63,694 nucleotides of DNA from Capsulimonadales bacterium (GTDB lineage Bacteria; Armatimonadota; Armatimonadia; Armatimonadales; Armatimonadaceae), in assembly GCA_033762295.1 (NCBI GenBank), contig JANRLW010000073.1:1-63694 (forward strand). Direction: 5' to 3'. Every line of letters starts with the position of its first letter. Positions within the stretch are counted from its first letter, which is position 1. A program made the translations under genes and the position numbers. The notes below the pieces were generated by a model. The model did not search any database and had not been told where the DNA came from. It saw only the letters and a list, made by a program, of their open reading frames with translations. Of the stretch, positions 47,387-56,869 are shown one piece after another.

Positions 47387-50300
47387 TTACCTGGGTTCGG
47401 CGACTTTCCGCAGGGAGACATCCGAAAAGAAAGCCGTGTTGCTCTGCCGCCCCACCATGAATACCAGGGATCCATGACCGGCAGGACTGTTGTCCTGCGC
47501 CGTAAAGATGAAGCGGAATAATTTCCACTCCCCGGTCGCGATCGGAAACTGTGTCAGGCCGATGGCCCCGTAGTCACCGTTGTCTTTCTGCACCTGAACG
47601 ATCACCGGGAGGGAGGAAACACCCTCCACTCGCATGCGAAACTGCAGCGCATACACGCTCCCCGGAGCGAGGGTCAATCCCTTCTGCAGTAGCTGGACGT
47701 CCCAGGGGTCCTTCGCCCCCTTCCGGGTTTCGATCCGGAAGATGTCGCCCGGCAATCGCGTCATCTGCGCGATTCCGTCCGCCGCCCGATACCAGTCCCA
47801 GCCAGCCGGGTCCAGCTCCTCTTTTTCAAGGCTGACCTCGCCCGCCTGGGCACGAGCGATCAGCCAGCGACGGGTCAATCCGGGCGGAGCCACGTCCCCC
47901 ATGTCGCGAATGAGTCGGGACAGCGTCATGGCGGCATCATGCCACTTCTTCGCCTCCTCGAATTGATTCGCCTCCTCTTCCGCACGTTTCCAGGCCGCCT
48001 CCTGCGCGAATGCCCGCAGCCGCGCCAGACGGGCCGCCGTCCCCGGATCGCCGGCTTCCCAGACTCGAACCGCCCCGTTCAACTGCGCGGTATACAGACG
48101 CTGACCGCTCCGGTCGAAGACGACACGATGCACCCGGTCCGTATGGCCGTTCAGAGTCGCCAGTTCGCGACCGGTGCGCATATCCCACAGCTTGGTGGTC
48201 TGGTCCCAGCTGGCCGACGCCAGCGTCTTGCCATCCGGGGAGAAGGCAAGGTCGTGGACGGAGTCGGAATGCCCGGTCAGACGGCGCAGGAGACCGCCCG
48301 GTTCGGAGACCGGATAAATATCCACAAACCGATCGTGCGCGACCCCGATTCGCTGGCCGTCCGCCGAAAAGGACACACCCGCGACCGCCCCCGAAACATT
48401 TCGAATCGCCCGCCGTCGACCGGACGCGACATCGAACAGGGATACCGTCCGATCGAACGAGCCGACCGCCAGTGTCCGTCCGTCCGGAGAAAAGGCGACG
48501 GCAGGAGTCGCGTTGCCAAACCCTTTCCACTCCGTCAGCAGCTTACCGCTCGTGCTGTCGCGAATCTGCGCGACTCCCCGACCATCGCCCAGACTCCACA
48601 GAGACTGCCCGAACCCGATCGCCAGCGTCTTCCCGTCCGGTGAGAATACCAGACGTCCGATATCCCGCCGATACGCCCCGCTTTCCCGGCAGCGAAAGGT
48701 TTTGAGATGCGCGCCATCCGCCACCCGGAAGAGAGAGACCTGGGCCTGGTCGTTTGCCAGCGCGACTCGCAGCCCGTCCGGCGAGAACGCACCCGCCGTA
48801 ATCATCGTCGGCGCGGAAAAGTTCCGCAGTCGCCTTCCCGTGACCGCATCTCGCAACAGAACCGTCTCCGAGTCCGCGATCAACAGGGATCGTCCATCCG
48901 GGGAAACGGCCAGATCGCGAAACGCGGAGGGATTGGCGACCAGAAAACCGGACGAATCGCGGTCGGGCAGTGCCCAGCAACGGATCTCTCCGCTTTCATC
49001 GCCCGTCCAGAGACGATCCGCCCGGTCCTCGAACCGCAGGTAGTTGATACTTGCGACGTGCCCCTTGAAGGTGCGCAATTTCCGCCCGCTGGAAATGTCC
49101 CAGAGGACGACCGTCCCGTCCGTGCTGCCGACCGCGACCGTCGCTCCCGCCGGAGCGAACTGACAGTAGGAGATTCCGGCGGAGGTCGCCTGAAAACGGG
49201 CCACCTCCTGGGTCTCGAAAGTACTGCCCGGCAACAATTTCAACACCACGACGCGCCCGGTCGAATCGCCGGTCACCAGACGCCGCTCCTCCAGAGAGAA
49301 GGCGGCGGAAAGCAACGGCGACAGGCTGTCCAGTTCGATCCGCGAATACATGGCGCCGCCGCTACGATTGGCGTCCAGCAACAACACCCGTCCGGTCGTC
49401 ACCTGAAAGGCGAAAAACCGGCCGTTCTCCGAGACAGCCATCAGTCGACCCGCCGCATGGTTGAACGCCTGGAGAAAGTCGGGAGCGCGCAGGTAGTCGG
49501 GCGTGACGTCCTCGCCCGTCGCCGTATCGTGCACTCGCACGGTCCGCACCTCTCCCCCGTCCTTTCCGCCGGCGTCCTCGAGCGACAGTACCGTTCGATC
49601 CCCTTGCTGGAACATCAGATGGGTGACCGGGTATCGAAGGTCCTTCCGTTCCCAATGCGTGCGACCGGTCGACGCATCGAGCAGGGAAAGACGACCGTTC
49701 TTTTCCGCGACGGCGAGAGACCGACCGTTCCGTGAAACCGCGGCGCGCCGAAGATTCGGGAAACGGAGCCGCAAATCGATGCCGGGAGCGCCGCCGTTCG
49801 CATCGTAGACACGGCCCGCGCTGTCCAGTCGGGCCACCTCGAAGTCGCCGTTCTCGCTCCCCCCCGCACCATACTCGACCACCGTCGGCAGACGACGATC
49901 GGTATCCTGTGCGACCGCCTGGTTATCCGGGAAAAGCGGAGCCAGGCGCATCACCGCCTCACCGTGCGTCAGCCGTGTCCACAACGCCTTCCAGGCAAAC
50001 TCCCGGCGATCCGTGCCGGCATTTCCCTTGGGCACGAGCGTCAGCAGCAGGTCGCGCACCCCGCGCACCCCGTGACGTTCGCTTTCCCAGTAGTTCGCGG
50101 CCAGTTGGACGTTGGCATCGTAGAGAAACTGCTCGCCCTGACGTCGGGCGACGGTTTCATTCTCCCGGGCGAGAATCGCGTCCCGCCTCCGGGCGTTCGC
50201 CTCGCGCAGGGCGTTTTCCAGCGAGGAGGCCAGCACGATCGCGTTCTGCTTGGCCACCTTTTCGGCCGACGCGGCGCGTTCGGCGCTGGCTTTCGCCATC

Positions 50301-51697
50301 CGCGCCGCGCGCTCTCCCTGGTTGGCCCGGTCCGCCTGCAAACGCGCCTGCGTCGCCAGACGACTGGCTCGTTGCGCCTCGTCGTTCGCCCGCCGCGCCT
50401 CCTCGTTGGCACGGTCCGCTTCCTTCTTCGCCTGGTCCGCCAGCAGGTTCGCCTGCAGTTCGCTTCGCCGGGCGTTCGATCGCTCCAAGCTCGCCTCGTT
50501 GGCCTTGCCGATGGCGATGAACGACAGAATACCGAAAATCGCGGTCATAAACCCGGCGATCGTCGTCGCGCGCAGCACACCCCGCCGATACGCCTCCCGC
50601 TGCCGTCGCAGTTCGGCATCGGGCAGGTGGGCCTCGACCCAATCGTCGTCGAAGACACGATCATAGATCCGATTCCGGAGCACCAGATGATTGGACGGGT
50701 TGACCTTGACCACGCCCGACAGACGCAAAACCGCGCAGAGCGGGTCCGTCTCGTCATCCGTGATGCGTCTCCCCCCGCGAATCTTGCGATATCGATCCAG
50801 CAGCGAGGCCAGATCGACATCCGACCGGATCAGACGATTGCGAACGAACGAAAGATTATCGTCGGACTCCCGCGCCGACTTGATCAGAAAAAGCGCACGG
50901 CAGATGCGGTCGATATCGGCCGCCGTGCCGTCGCTCCCCTCCTCGACCACCGTCCGGCAGAGACGCTGTGTCAGGTACGGATGCCCGCCGGTCCAGTACA
51001 GGACCCGGTTCAGGCTCGCCCGACCGCCGACCATCCCCTGGGCCAGCGGCGCGGCCTCCTCCGCCGTGAAGTCCCGCAGGCGGATCCGCCGACCGACATT
51101 GAACGGCGAGATACGTGTGTCGGAGATCAGATCGGCCGGAGTCGCGACCCCCAGCAGACAGAACGTCAGCCGATGGAACAGCGGGTCACGGACCCGGCGG
51201 TTGAAACACTCGCGAATCGCCGCGAAAAACTCATCGGTCGGAAACGGAAGGGAGCGGATCGCATCGATCTCATCGACGAAGATCACCAGGGAGGTCTCGA
51301 TCCGGGGAAGCGCCACATGCTCCAGTGCGCCGAAATACCGCTCCAGAGGCGAATAGGCGGCGTTCTCCTTCGCGTACGCCAGAAACTCCTTGCGCAGTCC
51401 GAGCGAACGCCCCGTTTCCGAAAGCAGACCGAGATACCACTGCTCGGCGGTGACGTTCTGTCCGCCGAACCGGGTCAGGTCGAGGAAGACGGTGGAGACC
51501 CCCCGTTCCTGCAGGCGCAGGATCGTCCGCGCGGACAGCGAGGATTTCCCCATCTGCCGCGTATTCAGAACGTAGCAGTACTCGCCCGCCATCAGCCCTT
51601 CCAGGAGATCCCGGTCGGCCTGTCGTTCGACGTACGAGGGCGCGTCCGGCGGAACGGTTCCGCCGGTAACGAAAAATTCGGATTCGAGGTTCGACAT
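47387..51697 (-). CDS. AAA_35/STAND-like NTPase-TM-coiled coil-WD40 repeats-CBM4/9-like protein
   Basis: Walker A RQMGKSS, Walker B IFVDEID, WTGGHPYLTQ; TM IAGFMTAIFGILSFIAI; many FSPDG/GH..WD repeats; tail PWDVQL...YALQFRMR...FSDVSLR. Confidence 0.9.
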   Translation of the reverse strand: MSNLESEFFVTGGTVPPDAPSYVERQADRDLLEGLMAGEYCYVLNTRQMGKSSLSARTILRLQERGVSTVFLDLTRFGGQNVTAEQWYLGLLSETGRSLGLRKEFLAYAKENAAYSPLERYFGALEHVALPRIETSLVIFVDEIDAIRSLPFPTDEFFAAIRECFNRRVRDPLFHRLTFCLLGVATPADLISDTRISPFNVGRRIRLRDFTAEEAAPLAQGMVGGRASLNRVLYWTGGHPYLTQRLCRTVVEEGSDGTAADIDRICRALFLIKSARESDDNLSFVRNRLIRSDVDLASLLDRYRKIRGGRRITDDETDPLCAVLRLSGVVKVNPSNHLVLRNRIYDRVFDDDWVEAHLPDAELRRQREAYRRGVLRATTIAGFMTAIFGILSFIAIGKANEASLERSNARRSELQANLLADQAKKEADRANEEARRANDEAQRASRLATQARLQADRANQGERAARMAKASAERAASAEKVAKQNAIVLASSLENALREANARRRDAILARENETVARRQGEQFLYDANVQLAANYWESERHGVRGVRDLLLTLVPKGNAGTDRREFAWKALWTRLTHGEAVMRLAPLFPDNQAVAQDTDRRLPTVVEYGAGGSENGDFEVARLDSAGRVYDANGGAPGIDLRLRFPNLRRAAVSRNGRSLAVAEKNGRLSLLDASTGRTHWERKDLRYPVTHLMFQQGDRTVLSLEDAGGKDGGEVRTVRVHDTATGEDVTPDYLRAPDFLQAFNHAAGRLMAVSENGRFFAFQVTTGRVLLLDANRSGGAMYSRIELDSLSPLLSAAFSLEERRLVTGDSTGRVVVLKLLPGSTFETQEVARFQATSAGISYCQFAPAGATVAVGSTDGTVVLWDISSGRKLRTFKGHVASINYLRFEDRADRLWTGDESGEIRCWALPDRDSSGFLVANPSAFRDLAVSPDGRSLLIADSETVLLRDAVTGRRLRNFSAPTMITAGAFSPDGLRVALANDQAQVSLFRVADGAHLKTFRCRESGAYRRDIGRLVFSPDGKTLAIGFGQSLWSLGDGRGVAQIRDSTSGKLLTEWKGFGNATPAVAFSPDGRTLAVGSFDRTVSLFDVASGRRRAIRNVSGAVAGVSFSADGQRIGVAHDRFVDIYPVSEPGGLLRRLTGHSDSVHDLAFSPDGKTLASASWDQTTKLWDMRTGRELATLNGHTDRVHRVVFDRSGQRLYTAQLNGAVRVWEAGDPGTAARLARLRAFAQEAAWKRAEEEANQFEEAKKWHDAAMTLSRLIRDMGDVAPPGLTRRWLIARAQAGEVSLEKEELDPAGWDWYRAADGIAQMTRLPGDIFRIETRKGAKDPWDVQLLQKGLTLAPGSVYALQFRMRVEGVSSLPVIVQVQKDNGDYGAIGLTQFPIATGEWKLFRFIFTAQDNSPAGHGSLVFMVGRQSNTAFFSDVSLRKVAEPR

Positions 51698-51815
51698 TAC
51701 CCGACCATCAGGGAAAATCTCACGGGCTACCGTATTTTAACACGATTCCACCGCGAAAAAACCGCACAATTGCGGGTAAACATTTGGATCTTTCATCGAA
51801 TCCGCGCACAAAATG

Positions 51816-51846
51816 AAAAAGCCAGGCATCACGGATGCCCGGCTTT
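51816..51846 (-). terminator. intrinsic terminator after pilT
   Basis: GCCGGGCATC / GATGCCTGGC stem followed by TTTTT on the minus strand. Confidence 0.75.
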
Positions 51847-51873
51847 CCCCTGCGTCACGACGGGTCGAACCCA

Positions 51874-53067
51874 CTACATGCGGCGAACGGCGGGAGCGTT
51901 CGGGTTGGACGCGCCGCGAGCGATCTCCGCCTGCATAATCATGTTCTCCAGGTCGGTGCGGTTCATCGCGCGCGAAAGCGCCATTTCCCGGCTGATGACT
52001 CCCTTGATATAGAGGTCACGCAGACACATATCCATCGTCTGCATACCGACATTACCCGATGTCTGGATCATCGAGGTGATCTGGTGCGCTTTCGCCTCGC
52101 GGATCAGGTTCCGAATCGCGGGCGTCGCGATCATGATCTCCTGCGCGCAAACACGACCCGGCTGGTTGTGGCGCGGCAGAAGCTGCTGACAGAGAACGGC
52201 CTGCAGGTTGTTCGATAGCTGCAGACGGATCTGCTCCTGCTGACCCGGCGGGAAGGAGTCGACGATACGGTCGACCGTGGATGCCGCGGAGTTGGTGTGC
52301 AGGGTCGCGAACACAAGGTGGCCGGTCTCCGCCGAGGAAACCGCCATCTGCATCGTCTCCAGGTCGCGCATCTCACCGACCAGAATCACGTCCGGGTCCT
52401 CGCGGAGCGCGGCGCGCAGCGCGTTCGGGAACGTCTTGGTGTCCTGGCCGAGTTCGCGCTGGTTGATGACCGACATCTTATGCTGATGCAGGTACTCGAT
52501 CGGGTCCTCGATCGTGATGATATGCTCGGAGCGTCCCATGTTGATCGCGTTGATCATCGCCGCGAGCGTCGTCGACTTGCCCGAACCGGTCGGCCCGGTG
52601 ACGAGGATCAGACCGCGCTTCAGGTGCGTCAGCTTTTCCAGAACCGGCGGCAGATTCAGGTCCTTCAGCGTCGGAATCTTGGTCGGAATGACGCGGAAGG
52701 CCGAAGCGACCGTCCCCTTGTCGCGAAAAACGTTCACGCGGAAGCGGGAAGTGCGGCCGAGCGCGTAGGAGAAGTCGAGTTCGTAGGTCGATTCGAACTT
52801 CTGGATCTGCTCGTCCGTCAGAATATCGTAGACCATTCGCTGCGAGACGGTGGGCGAGAACGGCTCGTACGGAGCCTGCTTCAGTTCGCCGTCGACCCGA
52901 AGGACGGGCGGAAGCCCGACCGCGATGTGCAGGTCGGACGCATTGGTCTGAACGACGAGCGACAGCAGCTCGTCGATATGGGTATCTTCCAGCGCGGCCA
53001 GCCGCATCGCTCCCGCATCAACGGGAGCCGGCGGCGCGCCGCCGGGAACGGGCGCAGGTACGGACAT
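51874..53067 (-). CDS. pilT: type IV pilus retraction ATPase
   Basis: ASDLH, GPTGSGKSTT, TIEDPIE, LREDPD, GHLVFATLHT, AIRNLIRE motif. Confidence 0.97.
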   Translation of the reverse strand: MSVPAPVPGGAPPAPVDAGAMRLAALEDTHIDELLSLVVQTNASDLHIAVGLPPVLRVDGELKQAPYEPFSPTVSQRMVYDILTDEQIQKFESTYELDFSYALGRTSRFRVNVFRDKGTVASAFRVIPTKIPTLKDLNLPPVLEKLTHLKRGLILVTGPTGSGKSTTLAAMINAINMGRSEHIITIEDPIEYLHQHKMSVINQRELGQDTKTFPNALRAALREDPDVILVGEMRDLETMQMAVSSAETGHLVFATLHTNSAASTVDRIVDSFPPGQQEQIRLQLSNNLQAVLCQQLLPRHNQPGRVCAQEIMIATPAIRNLIREAKAHQITSMIQTSGNVGMQTMDMCLRDLYIKGVISREMALSRAMNRTDLENMIMQAEIARGASNPNAPAVRRM

Positions 53068-53174
53068 AACTCACACTACTCCTTCGTCTAATCCCGGATT
53101 TAAAATGAAATCGGGGAAATTGCCACGTCGTCTAGGGTAGAATACGCAATTTTCATACCGGAAATTACCACAGC

Positions 53175-53209
53175 AAAAACCCTCGCGCCCGACCGACGGC
53201 GCGAGGGTT
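53175..53209 (-). terminator. intrinsic terminator between pilB and pilT
   Basis: CCCTCGCGCC / GGCGCGAGGG stem followed by TTTTT on the minus strand. Confidence 0.75.
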
Positions 53210-53219
53210 CCCGCCTGAT

Positions 53220-55016
53220 TTAGTAACCGGCGGTGAAGACGACGCGCCGTACCTCCTCCGGGGTGGTGATCCCGTCGAGAATCTTTCGCAGGCCGTCCTC
53301 GCGCATCTCCTTCATACCGCCCGCCTTGGCCGCCGCCTTCAGGTCGGCGAGCGGCGCGCGACGGACGATCAGTTCGGCGATTTCGGCGTTGACGCGCATC
53401 AGTTCGTGGATGCCGGTTCGTCCCTTGAATCCCTTGCCGTTGCAGATCTCGCAGCCCCGCCCCCGGTACAGAGTGATCGTATCCTCCTCCGAGGTCAACT
53501 CCAGGCCGAACTCCTTCAGCAGGGCTTTGTTGCTCGGGTCAAATCCGAACTTCGCCAGTTCATGCGCCGGAATGTCATACGGTTCCTTGCACTCGCTACA
53601 GACCTTACGGGCGAGGCGCTGGGCGAGAATCCCGATGACGGTCGCCGATACGAGGAACGGTTCGACGCCCATATCCGCCAGACGGATCGTCGCCGACGGC
53701 GCGTCGTTGGTGTGCAGCGTCGAAAGAACCAGGTGTCCGGTAAGCGCGGCCTCGATCGCGATGTCCGCCGTCTCCAGGTCGCGCATCTCTCCGACCATGA
53801 TGATGTCCGGGTCCTGGCGGAGGAAGCTACGCAGCGCGTTCGAGAAGTTCAGACCGGCCTTCTTGTTGATACCGACCTGGGTGACGCCCGACAGCTGGTA
53901 CTCGATCGGGTCCTCGACCGTGATGATATTCTTCTCGATGTCGTTCAGCTTGTTCAGTACCGAATACAGAGTCGTCGTCTTGCCCGAACCGGTCGGTCCG
54001 GTGACGATGAACATGCCGTTCGGCTGGATGACCAGTTCCTCGAGAACGTCCTGAACATCCGGGTAGATTCCGAGCTTGTTCAAACCGATCAAAACCGAGG
54101 ACTTGTCCAGAATACGCATAACGATCTTCTCTCCGTACAGAGAGGGAAGACAGGAGACGCGAAGGTCGTAGTCCTTGGTGCCGTGCTTGATCGGAATACG
54201 TCCGTCCTGCGGAATACGGCGTTCGGCGATATTCATATCCGCCATAATCTTGTAACGGGAGATCAGCGGGGCCTGAATATGCTTCGGAACGGCCATCAAC
54301 TGCTGGAGAACGCCGTCGACACGGCAGCGGATCCGGACATTGCGCTGGGCCGGCTCGATATGGATGTCCGACGCGCCCTGCTCGATCGCCGTGACGATGA
54401 TCGCGTTCGCCATACGGACGATCGGAGCGGTGGAGGCTTCCTCGATATCGCCCTTATCCGAATCCTCGGTCATCGAGGGGCCGAACTCCGTGATCGCCTT
54501 GTTCAGATCGATCATGCTCTGACCGACCGGCGGCGCGGGGACGGCCGGCCCGGAAGCGACGGCGGGCACCGGCGACAGGGAACCGTAGTTCTTTTCGATT
54601 CCCGCACGCAGATCGGCGGGCACCGCCATCATCGGGCGGATCGTCGTACAGCGGGACGCCATCCGGATGGAGTCGATCGCGTTGATATCCTTCGGATTCA
54701 GCATCGCCACATACAGCGTCTGCTGATCCTTGCGAACCGGAAGCGCCGTATACTGCGTGGCCACCTTCTGCGGAACGACATTGATCGCGGAAGGCTCCGG
54801 CTTGTGCTTGGTCAGATCGATAAACGGCAGGTTCTCGGTTTCAGCCTTGGACTTATAGACATCAACTTCGGCGGCAAAGCCGTTGGAGACGACATACTGC
54901 CCGACATCCAGACCGGGATTGGTCCGCAACTGTTCCTGTACCTGCTGGGCCTGTTCGCGGCTGATAAACTGCTTTTCCGTCAGAACGTCCAACAGGGTCT
55001 TTCGAGCGATAGCCAT
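53220..55016 (-). CDS. pilB: type IV pilus assembly ATPase PilB (GspE/PulE family)
   Basis: ASDIHIEP, IAERRIPQDGR, GPTGSGKTTT, LRQDPD, CSEC...CEIC zinc motif, MshEN-like N-terminus. Confidence 0.94.
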   Translation of the reverse strand: MAIARKTLLDVLTEKQFISREQAQQVQEQLRTNPGLDVGQYVVSNGFAAEVDVYKSKAETENLPFIDLTKHKPEPSAINVVPQKVATQYTALPVRKDQQTLYVAMLNPKDINAIDSIRMASRCTTIRPMMAVPADLRAGIEKNYGSLSPVPAVASGPAVPAPPVGQSMIDLNKAITEFGPSMTEDSDKGDIEEASTAPIVRMANAIIVTAIEQGASDIHIEPAQRNVRIRCRVDGVLQQLMAVPKHIQAPLISRYKIMADMNIAERRIPQDGRIPIKHGTKDYDLRVSCLPSLYGEKIVMRILDKSSVLIGLNKLGIYPDVQDVLEELVIQPNGMFIVTGPTGSGKTTTLYSVLNKLNDIEKNIITVEDPIEYQLSGVTQVGINKKAGLNFSNALRSFLRQDPDIIMVGEMRDLETADIAIEAALTGHLVLSTLHTNDAPSATIRLADMGVEPFLVSATVIGILAQRLARKVCSECKEPYDIPAHELAKFGFDPSNKALLKEFGLELTSEEDTITLYRGRGCEICNGKGFKGRTGIHELMRVNAEIAELIVRRAPLADLKAAAKAGGMKEMREDGLRKILDGITTPEEVRRVVFTAGY

Positions 55017-55418
55017 GGTGGTATTTGTTTCAACCTCGTTTTCATCCCTCGCCGGTCACAGGCGCGGGGCAGTCCTTATGAGCAAGAGCCCGAAGATACG
55101 CTGCTCGGAATCCGAACAGACCTTTGTTCGCGGGCGTCGGTCGAAATGCCTCCTTTCGGAGGAGGCAAGCCGCAAAAAAGAATGGAAAATAGCCGGGGCA
55201 CGAAGCCCTGTGCGACCATTCGACCGAAAGCCGAAGGAAAGCCTCAAACCGAGGTATGAATCCCGTACGATGCAAAAAGGCAGGATGAGAGCGCTTGTCC
55301 GTCTATCGAAAATCAGACCCCGTAACGGGTCGGGTTCAAAAGTTCGGTACGGAAAGACTATACTGAATTTTTTACCCTTGTGGTGGGGATTATAACACAA
55401 CCCCGTGTTTCCCTGCAA
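55017..55418 (-). promoter_or_regulatory. pilB promoter and long structured 5' leader
   Basis: TTGCAG-18-TATAAT with extended TG (55418 to 55389); multiple hairpins in 55110-55355. Confidence 0.5.
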
Positions 55419-55557
55419 CCCTCCCATCAGGCCGACCGGGCGACCGCCGTCCGTCGTTCGTCTTCCGATAACCGGCAGACAAACAAATCAACCGTAACCC
55501 CCTGTTCGACGGTTCGGCCCCGTGAAATGTTCCGAACCGCCAAAGCCCCCAAAATCC

Positions 55558-56676
55558 CTACGGGCGCGCCGCCACCGCTTTCAACTTCGCCAGCGCGTAG
55601 ACCTCGGTCGCCGAATCCGGAACCCAGCCCTGCATCTCATACAGACGGAACGCCGCCGCAAAACGCTGACGCGCGGCCTGCTCCTGACCCTGCCGCGCAC
55701 GGACACGCCCCAGGTAATAGGTCGCCAGAGGGTTCTGCGGACACGTACGCACCGCACGCTCCAGAGCCTGCGCCGAACGCTCCAACGCCTCCGGAGTCGC
55801 CTGCTTCCAGATCAAACGGCCGGGAGCGCGCTCTCCGCGGTAAAAGTCAAACTGCGAACGCAGGAACGAAACGGTCAGCGGACGCACCTGATGCGCCGGA
55901 ATCGTCCGACCACCCTTCACCGGAAGATACTCCCGGATGCGACGCGTCCCCGCGTCGAAGACCGGTTCCACGAACAGATAGCCGCTGTTCTGCGGATTGC
56001 ACAGATACAAACCCCTGTGCATCAGGTCCGGAACGTTATGTGTCGAAACATCCAGAATACGATCCGTCCCGTCGCAGTGACGCATGAGAGCGACGCAATG
56101 CCCCAGATTGGACGCCTCGCCGGTCTCTCCCTTCCAGACCATGACCACGCCCGCCGGCAGACCGGCTTTCTGCAGCATCCCGGCCACCAGCACCGACTGC
56201 AACAGGCATTGCCGCTCCCCCGTTCGCACGACGCCGGCAAACTCGAACCCCCGGTCCAGACTGAACCGGGTAATGCTCTTCTTCACGATCCGGAAGACCC
56301 CGTCCGACAACTCCAGTTCCGCCCGCAGCCGCTCCTCCGGCGATCGAATCCCGGCGATCCGCTGCCCCTCCCGGTTCAGATACTCCTCCAGGGACACGGT
56401 GGCCAGAGCCGGAATACGCGTCCGCTCCGCCGCCTGACGGACCCGATCACGGTAAAAACCGTAAAACTCCGGCAGCGTACGTCCGTCCGGGGCCAGACGA
56501 TAGGAATCGTCGATCATCGCCGTAAAGACCTCGGAGCCGTACGGAAAACGCTCCTTCGGCAGCAGGGGACGGGCAACCTCCTGCGCGCGGACCGCCCCGC
56601 CCGTCGCGCCGAGAACGACCGCTGCCAGCAGTCCCACCAATGCCGCCGCCACCCGTACCGATTTCGTCACTTTCAT
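55558..56676 (-). CDS. exported transglutaminase-like (Cys-His-Asp) protein with C-terminal TPR
   Basis: Signal peptide ending in VRA-Q; RQCLLQS, LGHCVA, ILDVS; terminal TPR (ALERAVRTCPQNPLATYYLG). Confidence 0.68.
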   Translation of the reverse strand: MKVTKSVRVAAALVGLLAAVVLGATGGAVRAQEVARPLLPKERFPYGSEVFTAMIDDSYRLAPDGRTLPEFYGFYRDRVRQAAERTRIPALATVSLEEYLNREGQRIAGIRSPEERLRAELELSDGVFRIVKKSITRFSLDRGFEFAGVVRTGERQCLLQSVLVAGMLQKAGLPAGVVMVWKGETGEASNLGHCVALMRHCDGTDRILDVSTHNVPDLMHRGLYLCNPQNSGYLFVEPVFDAGTRRIREYLPVKGGRTIPAHQVRPLTVSFLRSQFDFYRGERAPGRLIWKQATPEALERSAQALERAVRTCPQNPLATYYLGRVRARQGQEQAARQRFAAAFRLYEMQGWVPDSATEVYALAKLKAVAARP

Positions 56677-56869
56677 GCGTTTCGCTTTCCCCGACCGACT
56701 CCCCGATCGACCTCAACCCGGGCCTACTCCGTTAACGGACGCCGGTGCGCCACAGGTTCCTTCGCGGAACATCCCCACATTCCCCGATCGTCCGTTCTCC
56801 TCCTGCGTTTCCCCCGACGGAGGGTCACGTCGGGAAGGTTTCCGCGCCCGTCACCCATAAACATACCGT

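Noticed and set aside
50150..50500. Nucleotide repeat array in the NTPase gene
   Set aside because: Low-complexity Ala/Arg/Glu coiled-coil coding, not discrete DNA repeats
55195..55217. c-di-GMP-I riboswitch suggested by GGTCGCACAGGGC on the minus strand
   Set aside because: The following AAAC...GAAA...GACGCAAAG core is absent
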